A model generated the notes under the pieces. It was not told where the DNA came from and searched no databases. It saw only the letters and a list, made by a program, of their open reading frames with translations. Below, piece after piece: positions 63,666 to 64,000 of a stretch of 64,000 bases of DNA; position 1 is the stretch's first letter; the number at the start of each line of letters is the position of its first letter. This DNA is from a virus. Lineage: Duplodnaviria > Caudoviricetes. The translations under genes were made by a program, and so were the position numbers. Location: the IMG/VR virus record IMGVR_UViG_3300044982_000010, positions 145-64,144 of that record. One strand, written 5' to 3'.

Positions 63666-64000
63666 GTGAGCGCAACTATCAACAAAGCTTCGCGTGCGCA
63701 CAGGCTCTTCGCAGTGGGTCACCGCGCCAACCCCTAGCCATGGAGTGGGACTGTCATGTTACCCGTGCGGCGGTGAGCGCCGCCCCCGTACACTCGGCCC
63801 TCATAGCGGCCACATCTCACCAGCCGCAGTCCTCTCCTAAATCATCACGGTTCACTCGCTAGACCAGTGTCCTGCACTGTGATGCGTTTGCAACCATATC
63901 CAGCCATCTAGGGGCGGATGAAACGCCCCACACCTTTCACTCAAGCGAGTAACCCTGCCATGAAAGCCATCCTCTTCTCTGCCGTCCTATGCGCAGCTAC

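Larger units (their letters stand above)
845..63681 (+). repeat. Dispersed directional 9-mer CAACTATCA, 9 copies seen, all on the + strand
   Basis: Copies at 845, 2383, 4604, 7082, 10844, 14603, 21160, 62370 and 63673. The last two share the extended AGCGCAACTATCAACA. Confidence 0.75.
937..63952. repeat. Dispersed 16-bp palindromic motif T(T/A)ACTC-N4-GAGT(A/T)A, about 65 copies
   Basis: Start positions read by eye, exact or 1-3 mismatches, four with an N3 spacer marked *: 937,1345,2861,3038,3422,4545,5342,6264,7135,8159,9132*,10559,11641,12046,12900,13402,14945,15294,15616,15629,16413,16426,17084,17635,18414,19481*,20648,21171,21421,22296,23902,24117,25152,26013,27620,28729,30612,31206,32245,33603,34948,36705,38827,40150,41425,43330,46073*,47678,48999,50332,51474*,52087,53091,53409,55918,57503,59875,60239,60486,61056,61594,62115,62701,63571,63937. 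Confidence 0.95.
1..64000. mobile_element. Tailed dsDNA bacteriophage genome (podovirus-like), probably near-complete and circularly permuted
   Basis: Terminase, portal, capsid, tail, ejection, lysis and replication modules lie in two opposed arms. There are no bacterial housekeeping genes and no tape measure, sheath or integrase that I can recognise. Both window ends fall in the rightward small-gene region. Confidence 0.93.

Noticed and set aside
937-63952. Palindrome family interpreted as a CRISPR array, REP elements or IS ends
   Set aside because: Copies are dispersed, 16 bp long and often inside genes, with no spacer-repeat periodicity, cas genes or transposase.
1-64000. Integrated prophage with att sites
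   Set aside because: No integrase, host flank or att-like repeat was seen. Lifestyle cannot be decided, because part of the genome may lie outside the window.

Overview
The window looks like most or all of a roughly 64 kb, GC-rich tailed phage genome with podovirus-like architecture. The host is probably an alphaproteobacterium, judging from PEPxxWA-CTERM and DUF3309-like cargo genes. The rightward arm (about 60.5-64 kb, continuing at 1-21.6 kb) carries small early genes, a MoxR-like AAA ATPase with a metallopeptidase-VWA partner, HTH proteins, an HNH nuclease, a family A DNA polymerase with a +1 frame break in its ExoI motif, PD-(D/E)XK and VRR-NUC nucleases, an SF2 helicase and a primase/DUF927 protein. 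The leftward arm (59.6 to 21.7 kb) carries terminase, portal, scaffold, capsid, adaptors, tail fibres, three ejection-type proteins, lysis genes, a Tad2/DUF2829-like protein and a self-contained PEP-CTERM moron. I saw no integrase. The most striking unexplained signal is a 16-bp palindrome, T(T/A)ACTC-N4-GAGT(A/T)A, with about 65 exact or near copies at roughly one per kb across the whole genome. It occurs at gene junctions and inside coding sequence, where it leaves a recurring VTQES-like peptide. Other unexplained signals are a strand-biased 9-mer (CAACTATCA), a shared AKGG peptide tag in virion proteins and a candidate ~350-nt structured RNA. All family assignments come from motif recognition by eye; no searches were run and counts are manual.
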